This document shows, one piece after another, positions 16,556 through 25,082 of a stretch of 64,000 nucleotides of DNA. The stretch covers positions 62,001 to 126,000 of IMG/VR virus record IMGVR_UViG_3300011934_000017; one strand, 5' to 3'. The notes beneath the pieces are model-generated. The model was given only the letters and a program-made list of their open reading frames with translations. It searched no databases and had not been told where the DNA came from. The stretch's first letter is position 1, and every line of letters starts with the position of its first letter. Position numbers and translations under genes: made by a program.

Positions 16556-19300
16556 CTATTTTACCAACGTTAGTGTTGCAGGAGTAGTTGATGAACCACC
16601 GTCTATAAATAAAGTATTATTCCATTTCCAGCGAGGATCGCTCATATCAAGTAGCATCTCCGCATATCCTGAAGAGTCAGCGGTAACGCTTTGATAGAGT
16701 GCACCTGCCGGAACATCGAAGTGCAGTTTCATGGTCAAAGTGGCACCTGAACTCCAAATTCTTATTTTTGTGAGGGGGTCAGTACAGCATCCTATCGGTA
16801 TTGTGTAAATCATTCCGTTCGTGCTAGAATCGTATTGCGCAGTTGACCACATACTATGCATCATATCCGAACCTGCAATGATGAATCCATTACAGTTGAA
16901 TGCAATGCCAGATGCTGGACTACCGCTACTTGGATCCGCACAGTGCTCCGGCGGTGGTTCTGGAGGAGGTGGCGGCGGTGGTTCTGGAGGAGGTGGCGGC
17001 GGTGGTTCTGGAGGAGGTGGCGGACTCAATGAGGTATCTTCAATGGAAATATCCGAACTCGTAGCCAACGCGCTAGTACCAGAACACTCATGTAACTTGA
17101 CCTTAAATTTCTCCGTACCTTCGGTTAAGGCATCGTTACGAATACCTATGATAAAACTGCCACTATCTCCAGAAACACTAACACTTCCATTCATGCTATT
17201 TGTAAAGTCATTAGAGTTTATGCTGCCTGATACTGACATTATTGTCCAACAAAGCGTGCCAGAACCGTAATTAGTTGTAGTCACGGACATAATAACTGAC
17301 CCACCTTCACTAACGCTTGTAATGTGCGGCACAATACTGAAGGTAGGCGGAGGCGGAGGTGGAGGTGGAGGTGCCGGGGTTAAAGATGTATCGTTAATAG
17401 AAATAGCCGAGGTTGTGGCGAGAGCACTGGTATTAGAGCACTCGTGCAACTTAACCTTAAACTTTTCTGTACCTTCTGTTAGACTGTCACTTTTAATACC
17501 GATGCCGAATGAAGCGCTGTCGTTAGAAACGTAAATGCTTCCACTCATGGAACTTGTAAAATCGTCAGAGTTTAAGCTACCGCTTACAGGAAGAATCGTC
17601 CAACATAATGTTCCTGATCCAAAGTCAGTAGTATCGACGGACATAATAACTGACCCACCTTCATTCACACTGGTGATGTTAGGTGTTATGGAGTACGTAG
17701 CAGGAGTAGTCGAGGTATCTACAATGGAAATGTCTGAACTCATTGCCAAAGTAGCTGTGCTTCCAGAGCATTCGTGTAGCTTGACTTTGAACTTCTCTAA
17801 CCCTTCTGTTAGGCTGTCCTCTCTTATTCCTATGTTAAAACTTCCACTGTCGTTAGATACGCTGACACTTCCACTCATAGAACCGGTGAAATCATTAGAG
17901 TCTACACTGCCACTAACTGGCATTAGCGTCCAGCATAAAGTGCCCGATCCATAATGCGCGGTAGTCACTGTCATTGTGACTGTGCCGCCTTCATTTATGC
18001 TGGTAGTATTCGGCGCTATAGCATACGTAGGAGGTGTTAACGAGGTGTCGCCAATAGTTACTTCGGAACTCATAGCTAAAGAGGCTGTGCTTCCTGAGCA
18101 CTGGTGAAGTTTCACTTTAAACTTCTCGGTACCTTCAGTGGAATTGTCTTCTCTTATTCCTATGTCAAAAGAGCCGCTGTCATTAGAAATGAACACGCTG
18201 CCACTTATAGGTCCTGTAAAGTCGTCGGAGTTTATGTCACCGTCGGCCGGAAGTATTGTCCAGCACAAAGTACCTGTACCGTAATCAGTGGTATCAACGG
18301 TCATTGTGACAGACTGACCTTCATTCACGTTGTTAACGTTTGGTGTTATTGAGTATGTAGGAGGACTGCGAGAGGTGTCATTTATAGTGATCGCAGCACT
18401 GGTGTCCAAAACAGACCCACTATTCGAACAAGGGTGCAATCGAACTTTAAATTTTTCCGTTCCTTCCGTAAACGTATCCTCACGCACAGCTATATCGAAG
18501 CTACCACTGTTGTCTATAATAGACACGCTGCCTGTCATAGCTGAGTTGAAGTCGTCTTCATCTATATCACCCGAATCTGGCACAATAGTCCAACACAATG
18601 TACCTGAGCCAAACATTGTAGTGGTAACTGTCATAGTCACTATATTGCCTTCATCTACGTTCGTAGAATCGGGTTCAATGCTGTAACTAGGTGGAGTAGG
18701 GTCAACCCACAACACTCCGGGACCTACTGCTCCAGGGTCTGTAGCAGAGACTACAATACTAGGCAGCACTTCTTCGCCTTGTTCTCCGGGAACTCCTACG
18801 CCGCCATCTACACCTCGCGGACCTGTAGGGCCGATTGGCCCTATGTCACCTTCAGATCCCGCAGCTCCTCTTGGTCCTTGAGGTCCTGTAGCACCTCTAA
18901 TTCCGGCAGGACCTCGCATACCTTTTCTTCCATCAAGTCCTGTCTTTCCTCTTGCACCTGTGTCGCCTCGTGTTCCTTCACATCCAGGTTCTCCTACAAG
19001 ACCATCTCTTCCCGGAACGCCTTGCTTACCTGGTGCACCATCATCTCCTTTAGGGCCTGTAAGTCCCATAGGAATTTCATCTTCTACGGGAAAGCCTTCA
19101 ACTTCAATGCGCTCTCCGTTATACAGTTGGAGAACGAGCGACCCTTTCAGTTCATCATAAAAGCCGTACTCAACTTCAGAAACAGTGGATTCTCTAGGAA
19201 TATCTAAAGAGAGTTTTTCATCGCTAACAATGATTTCTGTTTCTTTTTCTGAACCCTTTGCTTTTACTTGTTCTATAACAGGTCTGGTTAATCCTGTCAT
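16556..19300 (-). CDS. Collagen-like fibre (paralog 3) with 5 Calx-beta/Ig-like repeats, poly-Pro and a Cys-rich tip (start adjusted to MTGLTRP at 19300)
   Basis: 33 Gly-X-Y triplets; five ~110-aa repeats [YF]xIxP..T.V.EG...LCWT...D..TEG.EKFKV.LH.CS; AGGAGA RBS before 19300. Confidence 0.8.
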   Translation of the reverse strand: MTGLTRPVIEQVKAKGSEKETEIIVSDEKLSLDIPRESTVSEVEYGFYDELKGSLVLQLYNGERIEVEGFPVEDEIPMGLTGPKGDDGAPGKQGVPGRDGLVGEPGCEGTRGDTGARGKTGLDGRKGMRGPAGIRGATGPQGPRGAAGSEGDIGPIGPTGPRGVDGGVGVPGEQGEEVLPSIVVSATDPGAVGPGVLWVDPTPPSYSIEPDSTNVDEGNIVTMTVTTTMFGSGTLCWTIVPDSGDIDEDDFNSAMTGSVSIIDNSGSFDIAVREDTFTEGTEKFKVRLHPCSNSGSVLDTSAAITINDTSRSPPTYSITPNVNNVNEGQSVTMTVDTTDYGTGTLCWTILPADGDINSDDFTGPISGSVFISNDSGSFDIGIREDNSTEGTEKFKVKLHQCSGSTASLAMSSEVTIGDTSLTPPTYAIAPNTTSINEGGTVTMTVTTAHYGSGTLCWTLMPVSGSVDSNDFTGSMSGSVSVSNDSGSFNIGIREDSLTEGLEKFKVKLHECSGSTATLAMSSDISIVDTSTTPATYSITPNITSVNEGGSVIMSVDTTDFGSGTLCWTILPVSGSLNSDDFTSSMSGSIYVSNDSASFGIGIKSDSLTEGTEKFKVKLHECSNTSALATTSAISINDTSLTPAPPPPPPPPPTFSIVPHITSVSEGGSVIMSVTTTNYGSGTLCWTIMSVSGSINSNDFTNSMNGSVSVSGDSGSFIIGIRNDALTEGTEKFKVKLHECSGTSALATSSDISIEDTSLSPPPPPEPPPPPPPEPPPPPPPEPPPEHCADPSSGSPASGIAFNCNGFIIAGSDMMHSMWSTAQYDSSTNGMIYTIPIGCCTDPLTKIRIWSSGATLTMKLHFDVPAGALYQSVTADSSGYAEMLLDMSDPRWKWNNTLFIDGGSSTTPATLTLVK
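16950..17021. repeat. 24-bp tandem repeat x3 encoding PPPPPEPP
   Basis: Unit GGCGGTGGTTCTGGAGGAGGTGGC. Confidence 0.85.
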
Positions 19301-19330
19301 ATCGTATCTCCTTAACAAGCATAGAAGCGC

Positions 19331-21127
19331 CTATTTCACTAGCGTCAATGTAGCAGGTGTAGTTGATGAACCTCCATCAATAAACAAAGTATTATTCCAT
19401 TTCCACCCTGGGTTACTCATATCTATAGGCATTTCTAAAAAGCCAGTAGAAGGATCCGCAGTCATACTCATATAAAGAGAACCCGGAGGAACATCAAAGT
19501 ATATTTTCAACGTTAATGTCGCACCTGAACTCCAAAGACGGATAGCCGTAAGAGGATCGTCGCAACACCCGATAGGTATTGTGTAGATCATTCCGTTCGT
19601 GCTAGAGTCGTACTGTGCTGTTGACCACATAGAGTGTTGCATATCCGAACCTGCAATGATGAATCCATTACAGTTGAATGCTATACCTGAGGCTGGACTA
19701 CCACTACTCGGATCCAAACAATGCGCCGGAGGAGGCGGTGGAGGTGGTGGACTCGGAGGTGGTGGTTCTGGTGCCGGAGGAGGTGGTGGTTCTGGTGCCG
19801 GAGGAGGTGGTGGAGGTGGTGGTGGAGGTGGTGGAGGTGGAGGTGGTGGTGGTGGCGCGGGACTCAAAGACGTGTCGCCAATCGTTATAACAGAACTCAT
19901 AGCGAGCGTCGCACTGCTTCCTGTACACCTGTGAAGCTTAACTTTAAATTTCTCCGTTCCTTCTGTACTACTGTCGTTACGAATACCTATGTTAAAACTG
20001 CCGCTATCGTTAGATATATCCACACTTCCACTCATAGACCCTGTGAAGTCGTTAGAGCTTATTGAGCCTGCTACGGAAAGAATCGTCCAACAAAGGGTAC
20101 CCGATCCATAATCTGTCGTGTTTACAGTCATGGTAACGGAAGAACCTTCATTCACACTTGTACTACTTGGAGAAATCGAATAAGTAGCAGGACTTCGGGA
20201 GGTATCATTGATCGTTATTGCTGAGCTTGTAGCTAAAACAGAACCACTATCAGAACAAGGATGCAGTCGCACTTTAAATCTTTCAGTGCCTTCTGTTAAG
20301 CTATCATCCCGAATAGGTATATTAAAAGAACCGCTATTATCTGTTATCGATACACTACCTGTCATAGATGAATTAAAATCGTCTTCGTTTATAGTGCCAG
20401 AGTCTTGCACAATAGTCCAACACAACGATCCTGATCCGAACATCGTTGTAGTGACCGTCATCGCGACAGACGATCCTTCATCCACGTTAGTAGAGTCTGG
20501 TTCAATATCATAGCTAGGAGGTGTAGGATCGACCCACAGAACTCCAGGACCAACAGCACCAGGATCGGTAGCAGAGACTACAATACTGGGAGACGCTTCT
20601 TCACCGGTCTCACCCGCAGGGCCCATTTCACCATCTTCGCCTCTAGGTCCTGTTGGCCCAATCGGTCCTATATCACCCTTCGGGCCTGTAATGCCTCGGG
20701 GCCCTTGAATGCCTGTTCTGCCTCGGATTCCAGGTTCTCCTTCTACACCTTCTCTTCCGTCAGGTCCAATTTCTCCTTGCGAGCCTGTATCACCTCGCAT
20801 TCCTTCACAGCCCGGCTCACCTGTTAAACCGTCTCTACCTAGTAGACCGGGTTGTCCGTCTTTTCCATCACCTCCTTTAGGGCCTGTGACACCTGCAGGT
20901 ACTTTAGAAGCCGTAGGAAAACCCTTTACCTCAATACGCTCTCCATTATATAGCTGTAGAACAAGTGCGCCTTTTAACGGGTCAAAGAATCCGTACTCAA
21001 CTTCAGAAACAGTAGACTCTCTAGGAATATCTAAAGATAGCTTGTCTTCTTGTACGACAATCTCCGTCTCTTTTTCCGACCCTTTCGCATGTACTTGTTC
21101 TATAACAGGTCTGGTTAATCCTGCCAT
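19331..21127 (-). CDS. Collagen-like fibre (paralog 2) with 2 Calx-beta/Ig-like repeats, long poly-Pro and a Cys-rich tip; near duplicate of 16556..19300
   Basis: 33 Gly-X-Y triplets; same N- and C-terminal domains as paralog 3; start set to MAGLTRP by homology. Confidence 0.8.
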   Translation of the reverse strand: MAGLTRPVIEQVHAKGSEKETEIVVQEDKLSLDIPRESTVSEVEYGFFDPLKGALVLQLYNGERIEVKGFPTASKVPAGVTGPKGGDGKDGQPGLLGRDGLTGEPGCEGMRGDTGSQGEIGPDGREGVEGEPGIRGRTGIQGPRGITGPKGDIGPIGPTGPRGEDGEMGPAGETGEEASPSIVVSATDPGAVGPGVLWVDPTPPSYDIEPDSTNVDEGSSVAMTVTTTMFGSGSLCWTIVQDSGTINEDDFNSSMTGSVSITDNSGSFNIPIRDDSLTEGTERFKVRLHPCSDSGSVLATSSAITINDTSRSPATYSISPSSTSVNEGSSVTMTVNTTDYGSGTLCWTILSVAGSISSNDFTGSMSGSVDISNDSGSFNIGIRNDSSTEGTEKFKVKLHRCTGSSATLAMSSVITIGDTSLSPAPPPPPPPPPPPPPPPPPPPAPEPPPPPAPEPPPPSPPPPPPPPAHCLDPSSGSPASGIAFNCNGFIIAGSDMQHSMWSTAQYDSSTNGMIYTIPIGCCDDPLTAIRLWSSGATLTLKIYFDVPPGSLYMSMTADPSTGFLEMPIDMSNPGWKWNNTLFIDGGSSTTPATLTLVK

Positions 21128-21148
21128 ATTAAACTCCACAAAGTCTGT

Positions 21149-21907
21149 TCAAACTTGTTCTGGCTTACCCCAGATTACTGCATTTCCTCCGGGATTAGAT
21201 TCAGATATGATTACGGTAGATTCTATTGTTGCGCCAGCAGGACCGGCAGGACCGTCTTCGCCTCCAATACACTCAGGTCCAGGCTGACCTCGAGCACCTT
21301 CATGCCCGTATCTTCCTTTTTCACCTACAGGGCCTTGAATACCCACATCACCTTCTGGTCCCATAGGTCCTTTACGTCCTTGTATACCGTCTTCGCCAGG
21401 ATCACCCTGCTCGCCAGGAAGTCCAAGCGGACCAGGAGGTCCTTCACAACCTACTGCACCGTCTGGACCATCGTCGCCGGTGTCACCATCGTCGCCGTCG
21501 TTACCTCTTTCACCTCTAGGTCCTGTAGGGCCTCTGCCGAAGTCACTCTGTATCAGAAAGTCTTTTATTTGAACTACTTCGCCATTTCTTCGGACAAGAT
21601 TAAGCGTACCATCTTTAGACTCGAATGCGGCTTCTACAAGCAATCCGTCGTTTTTTACTTCCCGTGTATTAAAATCAACGGTATCGGTATTGACGTTACG
21701 CTTTGCGGCTTTTGATTCTCTATCGTCCCCAAAAACATCAAACTGTTCCATGTGCAACGATGTTAAAGGGGAACCAGAAGAGTGAGGAAGCAGCTTTTTA
21801 TCTACCTGAGAAGCCGTATTAGTCAGAATGTTCTTTCCTACTGGAACACTATGATCATTCCCTTCATATAGGTTAGATAGCAGCTTACTTTCTTTAATGC
21901 CTTTCAT
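21149..21907 (-). CDS. Collagen-like fibre protein (paralog 1), acidic helix
   Basis: 29 triplets, a CIG interruption, then 4 more; ends SESNPGGNAVIWGKP. Confidence 0.8.
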   Translation of the reverse strand: MKGIKESKLLSNLYEGNDHSVPVGKNILTNTASQVDKKLLPHSSGSPLTSLHMEQFDVFGDDRESKAAKRNVNTDTVDFNTREVKNDGLLVEAAFESKDGTLNLVRRNGEVVQIKDFLIQSDFGRGPTGPRGERGNDGDDGDTGDDGPDGAVGCEGPPGPLGLPGEQGDPGEDGIQGRKGPMGPEGDVGIQGPVGEKGRYGHEGARGQPGPECIGGEDGPAGPAGATIESTVIISESNPGGNAVIWGKPEQV

Positions 21908-22476
21908 GATACCCTCCGTATCCTTTGTACGGCCTTTTGAGCAATATCTGAAATTTCGTTTGAAGTCTTAGCGGAGCCTAATAGATCAAAAGTACGCTTC
22001 ATATCAAGGCTTAGCGTGTTGTGTTTTTCCACCAACAGAGCGAGAACCTTCTTAACATCGGACGGAATGAGAAGAATAGGACCTTCTGAACTCTTAACAA
22101 AGAAGTCTTTATCTAGCGCAACTGCGGCTACCATGAGAGTAATGTCTTTATCTTCTACAAATACAGTTAGGTTTTTACGGTTATCCAGTAAAACTTCTTT
22201 TTTAGACTCGTCGCAAAGCTTTTGGAGCTTCTCTTTTGTCTCACGTAAGAATCTATTAGGATTCGGACCTTCGCACACCAAATCGCCGTGAACATATCGA
22301 TACAAAAGTCCATCTTCTAGTCCACTAATGATCTGCACGTAAATAAATTCTGAAACAACTACTTCAAAATCACTTAGAGGCACAGATGAAGTTGCGGTGT
22401 GTTCATTGGCTCCTGAAACAATACCGTTCGAGTCGATCTGTAGTGTATAAACAATGCTCTTATCGGAAGTATCCAA
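21904..22476 (-). CDS. Hypothetical, possibly tail-fibre assembly protein
   Basis: 190 aa, directly after a tail-fibre gene; helical C-terminus. Confidence 0.4.
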   Translation of the reverse strand: MDTSDKSIVYTLQIDSNGIVSGANEHTATSSVPLSDFEVVVSEFIYVQIISGLEDGLLYRYVHGDLVCEGPNPNRFLRETKEKLQKLCDESKKEVLLDNRKNLTVFVEDKDITLMVAAVALDKDFFVKSSEGPILLIPSDVKKVLALLVEKHNTLSLDMKRTFDLLGSAKTSNEISDIAQKAVQRIRRVS

Positions 22477-22488
22477 TTTAACACCTCG

Positions 22489-24807
22489 CTATCGAATCAA
22501 AGGAGTACCAATGATATTGAAATTCATACCAAGCTTCGAGCCGTACTTGGAAATACTGGCATGACGAACTCGCATACGTGCAACAACATCAATATAACCT
22601 GCTGGAATGTTGTCTTTGAGTACATCAAACACCTGAGTCAAGGAAGCATTGCTAAAAGCACGTTCATTGTTGCTGCCGCTCAGACTGCTAAAGCCTGCTT
22701 CGCCTGTGCCTTTGATATCACGTCCGTATTCAGGTTCTTTGCTTGACGTAGTTCGGAAGCCGATTACGTATTGCATTACTTCAATACCTTCAGGACTGAT
22801 AAAGCCGGGACCCAACATCGAAGAAAAGTCTACGGATACCTGAAGCATAACATCGCTTGTTAGGTTCACGCGGTACGTATAGATAATCTCTTCGGAATCA
22901 TCTTGGCGACGCAATGTGCTAAACTTAAAGCTGGTGTTTTCGTTAAACCGTTGAGCGAACGTACTTTCTACTTTGTATGAAGGATGCTGGCCTGTGATTC
23001 GTATTCCATTGCCTGCTGTTAGATCAATACCTGGAATGGGAAGAACAACAGGATGATCGTCATGACGCAAAAGCTTCAGCGACCGTGATGTGAGAACAGC
23101 ATCGGTCACAACACCTCGCAGATTAGTTTGCGGTGTACCCTCACTTTTAACATTGTGAAAAACAACAGCTTCAATCTCAAGACCACCGGATGCGGGAGCA
23201 CTTAAAATTATTTTGTTGTCCACCACAGAGTACAGATTGCGGTGAATATGGGTACCACTAACAGAAACAAACGTCTGATCTTTAGTCTGTGGTTCTACAG
23301 GAAGCTCAATGAAAAGCGTATCGCCTACTGTAATGTTAGTCGTGCTCAGAACAGTTGTACTATAGCCTTCTTCTCTTCGACCTGCAATAGAGGATATCTC
23401 AATGTCAAGACCTTCATTAGGCGGACTTACAAAGACAATCTCCTGAGTAGCAGAATCGTATGTGTAAGCGGTCGTTGACTGAAGAAGTCCTCGAACGTAG
23501 ACAAAGGCATACTCGGAGCTTTCTACAGGCTGAGAAAGACCAAAGCGCCGTTGCATTCCATCGCCTGTATAAGCGTCTGTCATTATCTCAGTGAACGAAC
23601 CACTTCCTGGCTCTTTTGTGATAAGACGAAAATCAATCGAAGCATGAGGAGGAATGCTGTCTGCAAACTCTAGTTCTGAACCTGCGATATCATACGCTGA
23701 TTTATGCTGTGTAACACCCCCAACTGCCGTTATACAATGGTTAACGTCTTTAAGCACAACAGAACCAAGAGGATAGCGGCGCGTTTGGCCGGTACCGGCA
23801 TCATTCATAGCAGATATGCGAAGCTTGCCCGGAGACGTGAACAACGTGTTAGTAGCGCCTCCACCTTTTGCTGGCGGCGCCCAAACAGGCATGCTGCCAA
23901 CCCCGCGTGTCAATACCCAATCACGAGGAACGTTAGCCATAGAAGGTGGATATTCTGAACTACAGTTACCACCTCCTTCAAGTCTGCGCCAGACTGAAAC
24001 AGTATCACCAGGAGCAAGCCCTGTTACAGGCTTACCGTCTTTTTCGTGAAAGCATTCGGTGCCATTATCATAGTAAAACTTTCGAACAGCGCCGCGAGCA
24101 GCGCCTGTCATAACGAAGATAATTACCACTTCGCCATTACGAAAGCGAACAGCATCGGTCAAAGCTTTAACACAAACTTTGGTAGACGATACGCTTCCTG
24201 GTTCTCCTGAATAAACACGATCAAAGCCGGGAAACGCCCATTGTAAACCACCAGCACCAAAACGAACAGCAAAGCCGGGAGACTGTGTGCCGTCTGAATT
24301 GTCGAATAAGTTGTTAACGACAATCACATTGAAGTCGCCTTCTTCGGGTAGAGGAAGACGATCAACAGAAGGCGTAGCAGGCATACTACAGGAATCACCG
24401 ATGCTTACATTGATAACGCTCGGATCAATTCTTGACGTAACGAGGATCGCATGAATACGAGAACCTCTACCTTCGTGCAGATAGTAGGGGTCTGCAAACA
24501 CACAACGACCAAACATCACGCCGTTGTCCATAAACAAGCCCACTTCTTTCATGTACAGACCAGCATCAGGAACTACATGGTCAGGTACTTCGAACGTGAA
24601 CTTAACGGCATGCGTGTCGAGCACTTCAACCAGATGAATATTTCCTTGGTACAATGTACTTCCAATTATATCATCATCTGTGTCTTTTGTTGCAATGTTA
24701 GAATCACCGATCTTGAAAGAAACAATATTTACCAAAAAGCCGCCAGCTTCAGCATTATTAGCAGCTTGAAGGCCAAGATCGGTGATATGAATTACATTAT
24801 CAGCCAT
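22489..24807 (-). CDS. Baseplate-attached tail fibre (tail-collar/DUF3751-like N-terminus)
   Basis: ITDLGLQAA...FKIGD...MKEVGLF..G.MF N-terminal baseplate-anchor motif; repeated G.G..RR[YF].L modules. Confidence 0.7.
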   Translation of the reverse strand: MADNVIHITDLGLQAANNAEAGGFLVNIVSFKIGDSNIATKDTDDDIIGSTLYQGNIHLVEVLDTHAVKFTFEVPDHVVPDAGLYMKEVGLFMDNGVMFGRCVFADPYYLHEGRGSRIHAILVTSRIDPSVINVSIGDSCSMPATPSVDRLPLPEEGDFNVIVVNNLFDNSDGTQSPGFAVRFGAGGLQWAFPGFDRVYSGEPGSVSSTKVCVKALTDAVRFRNGEVVIIFVMTGAARGAVRKFYYDNGTECFHEKDGKPVTGLAPGDTVSVWRRLEGGGNCSSEYPPSMANVPRDWVLTRGVGSMPVWAPPAKGGGATNTLFTSPGKLRISAMNDAGTGQTRRYPLGSVVLKDVNHCITAVGGVTQHKSAYDIAGSELEFADSIPPHASIDFRLITKEPGSGSFTEIMTDAYTGDGMQRRFGLSQPVESSEYAFVYVRGLLQSTTAYTYDSATQEIVFVSPPNEGLDIEISSIAGRREEGYSTTVLSTTNITVGDTLFIELPVEPQTKDQTFVSVSGTHIHRNLYSVVDNKIILSAPASGGLEIEAVVFHNVKSEGTPQTNLRGVVTDAVLTSRSLKLLRHDDHPVVLPIPGIDLTAGNGIRITGQHPSYKVESTFAQRFNENTSFKFSTLRRQDDSEEIIYTYRVNLTSDVMLQVSVDFSSMLGPGFISPEGIEVMQYVIGFRTTSSKEPEYGRDIKGTGEAGFSSLSGSNNERAFSNASLTQVFDVLKDNIPAGYIDVVARMRVRHASISKYGSKLGMNFNIIGTPLIR

Positions 24808-24818
24808 GCCGAACTCCC

Positions 24819-25043
24819 TTACTCGCCAGTTGAAAGAGGAAGGGATACACGGCAGTTATCGCAGTAGTATACTTCTTCCGAGCCTGCGATAGCTGTTCCC
24901 ATCTGCTGTTGACATTTAGGGCACTGACCTTCAATCTCTAAAGACATAGCACCAGCAGTTGCTTCCATAGAAGCAGACTTACTAACGGATGTGTTGTCCA
25001 ACTTCCAAAGATTTACAGGTGTTTCTCTGTTTGAGTTTTTCAT
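24819..25043 (-). CDS. Small zinc-ribbon protein
   Basis: CPKC...YCDNCRV; AAGGAG RBS. Confidence 0.65.
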   Translation of the reverse strand: MKNSNRETPVNLWKLDNTSVSKSASMEATAGAMSLEIEGQCPKCQQQMGTAIAGSEEVYYCDNCRVSLPLSTGE

Positions 25044-25082
25044 TTTAATCTCCTTTAATACTCTAAATTAGATGATAGACCG

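Noticed and set aside
16556-19720. Near-identical DNA in two fibre C-termini as a DGR template/variable repeat pair
   Set aside because: Both copies are coding ends of full paralogs, differences are not adenine-specific, and there is no reverse transcriptase in the window
14573-19860. 24-bp tandem repeats as a CRISPR array
   Set aside because: No spacers; they are in-frame coding repeats for Gly/Ser and Pro linkers; no cas genes
14441-21715. Many 60-190 aa plus-strand and alternate-frame ORFs (e.g. 16821..17270, 19721..20065, 20709..21287)
   Set aside because: Antisense or frame shadows of low-complexity Gly/Pro coding sequence, overlapping well-supported genes
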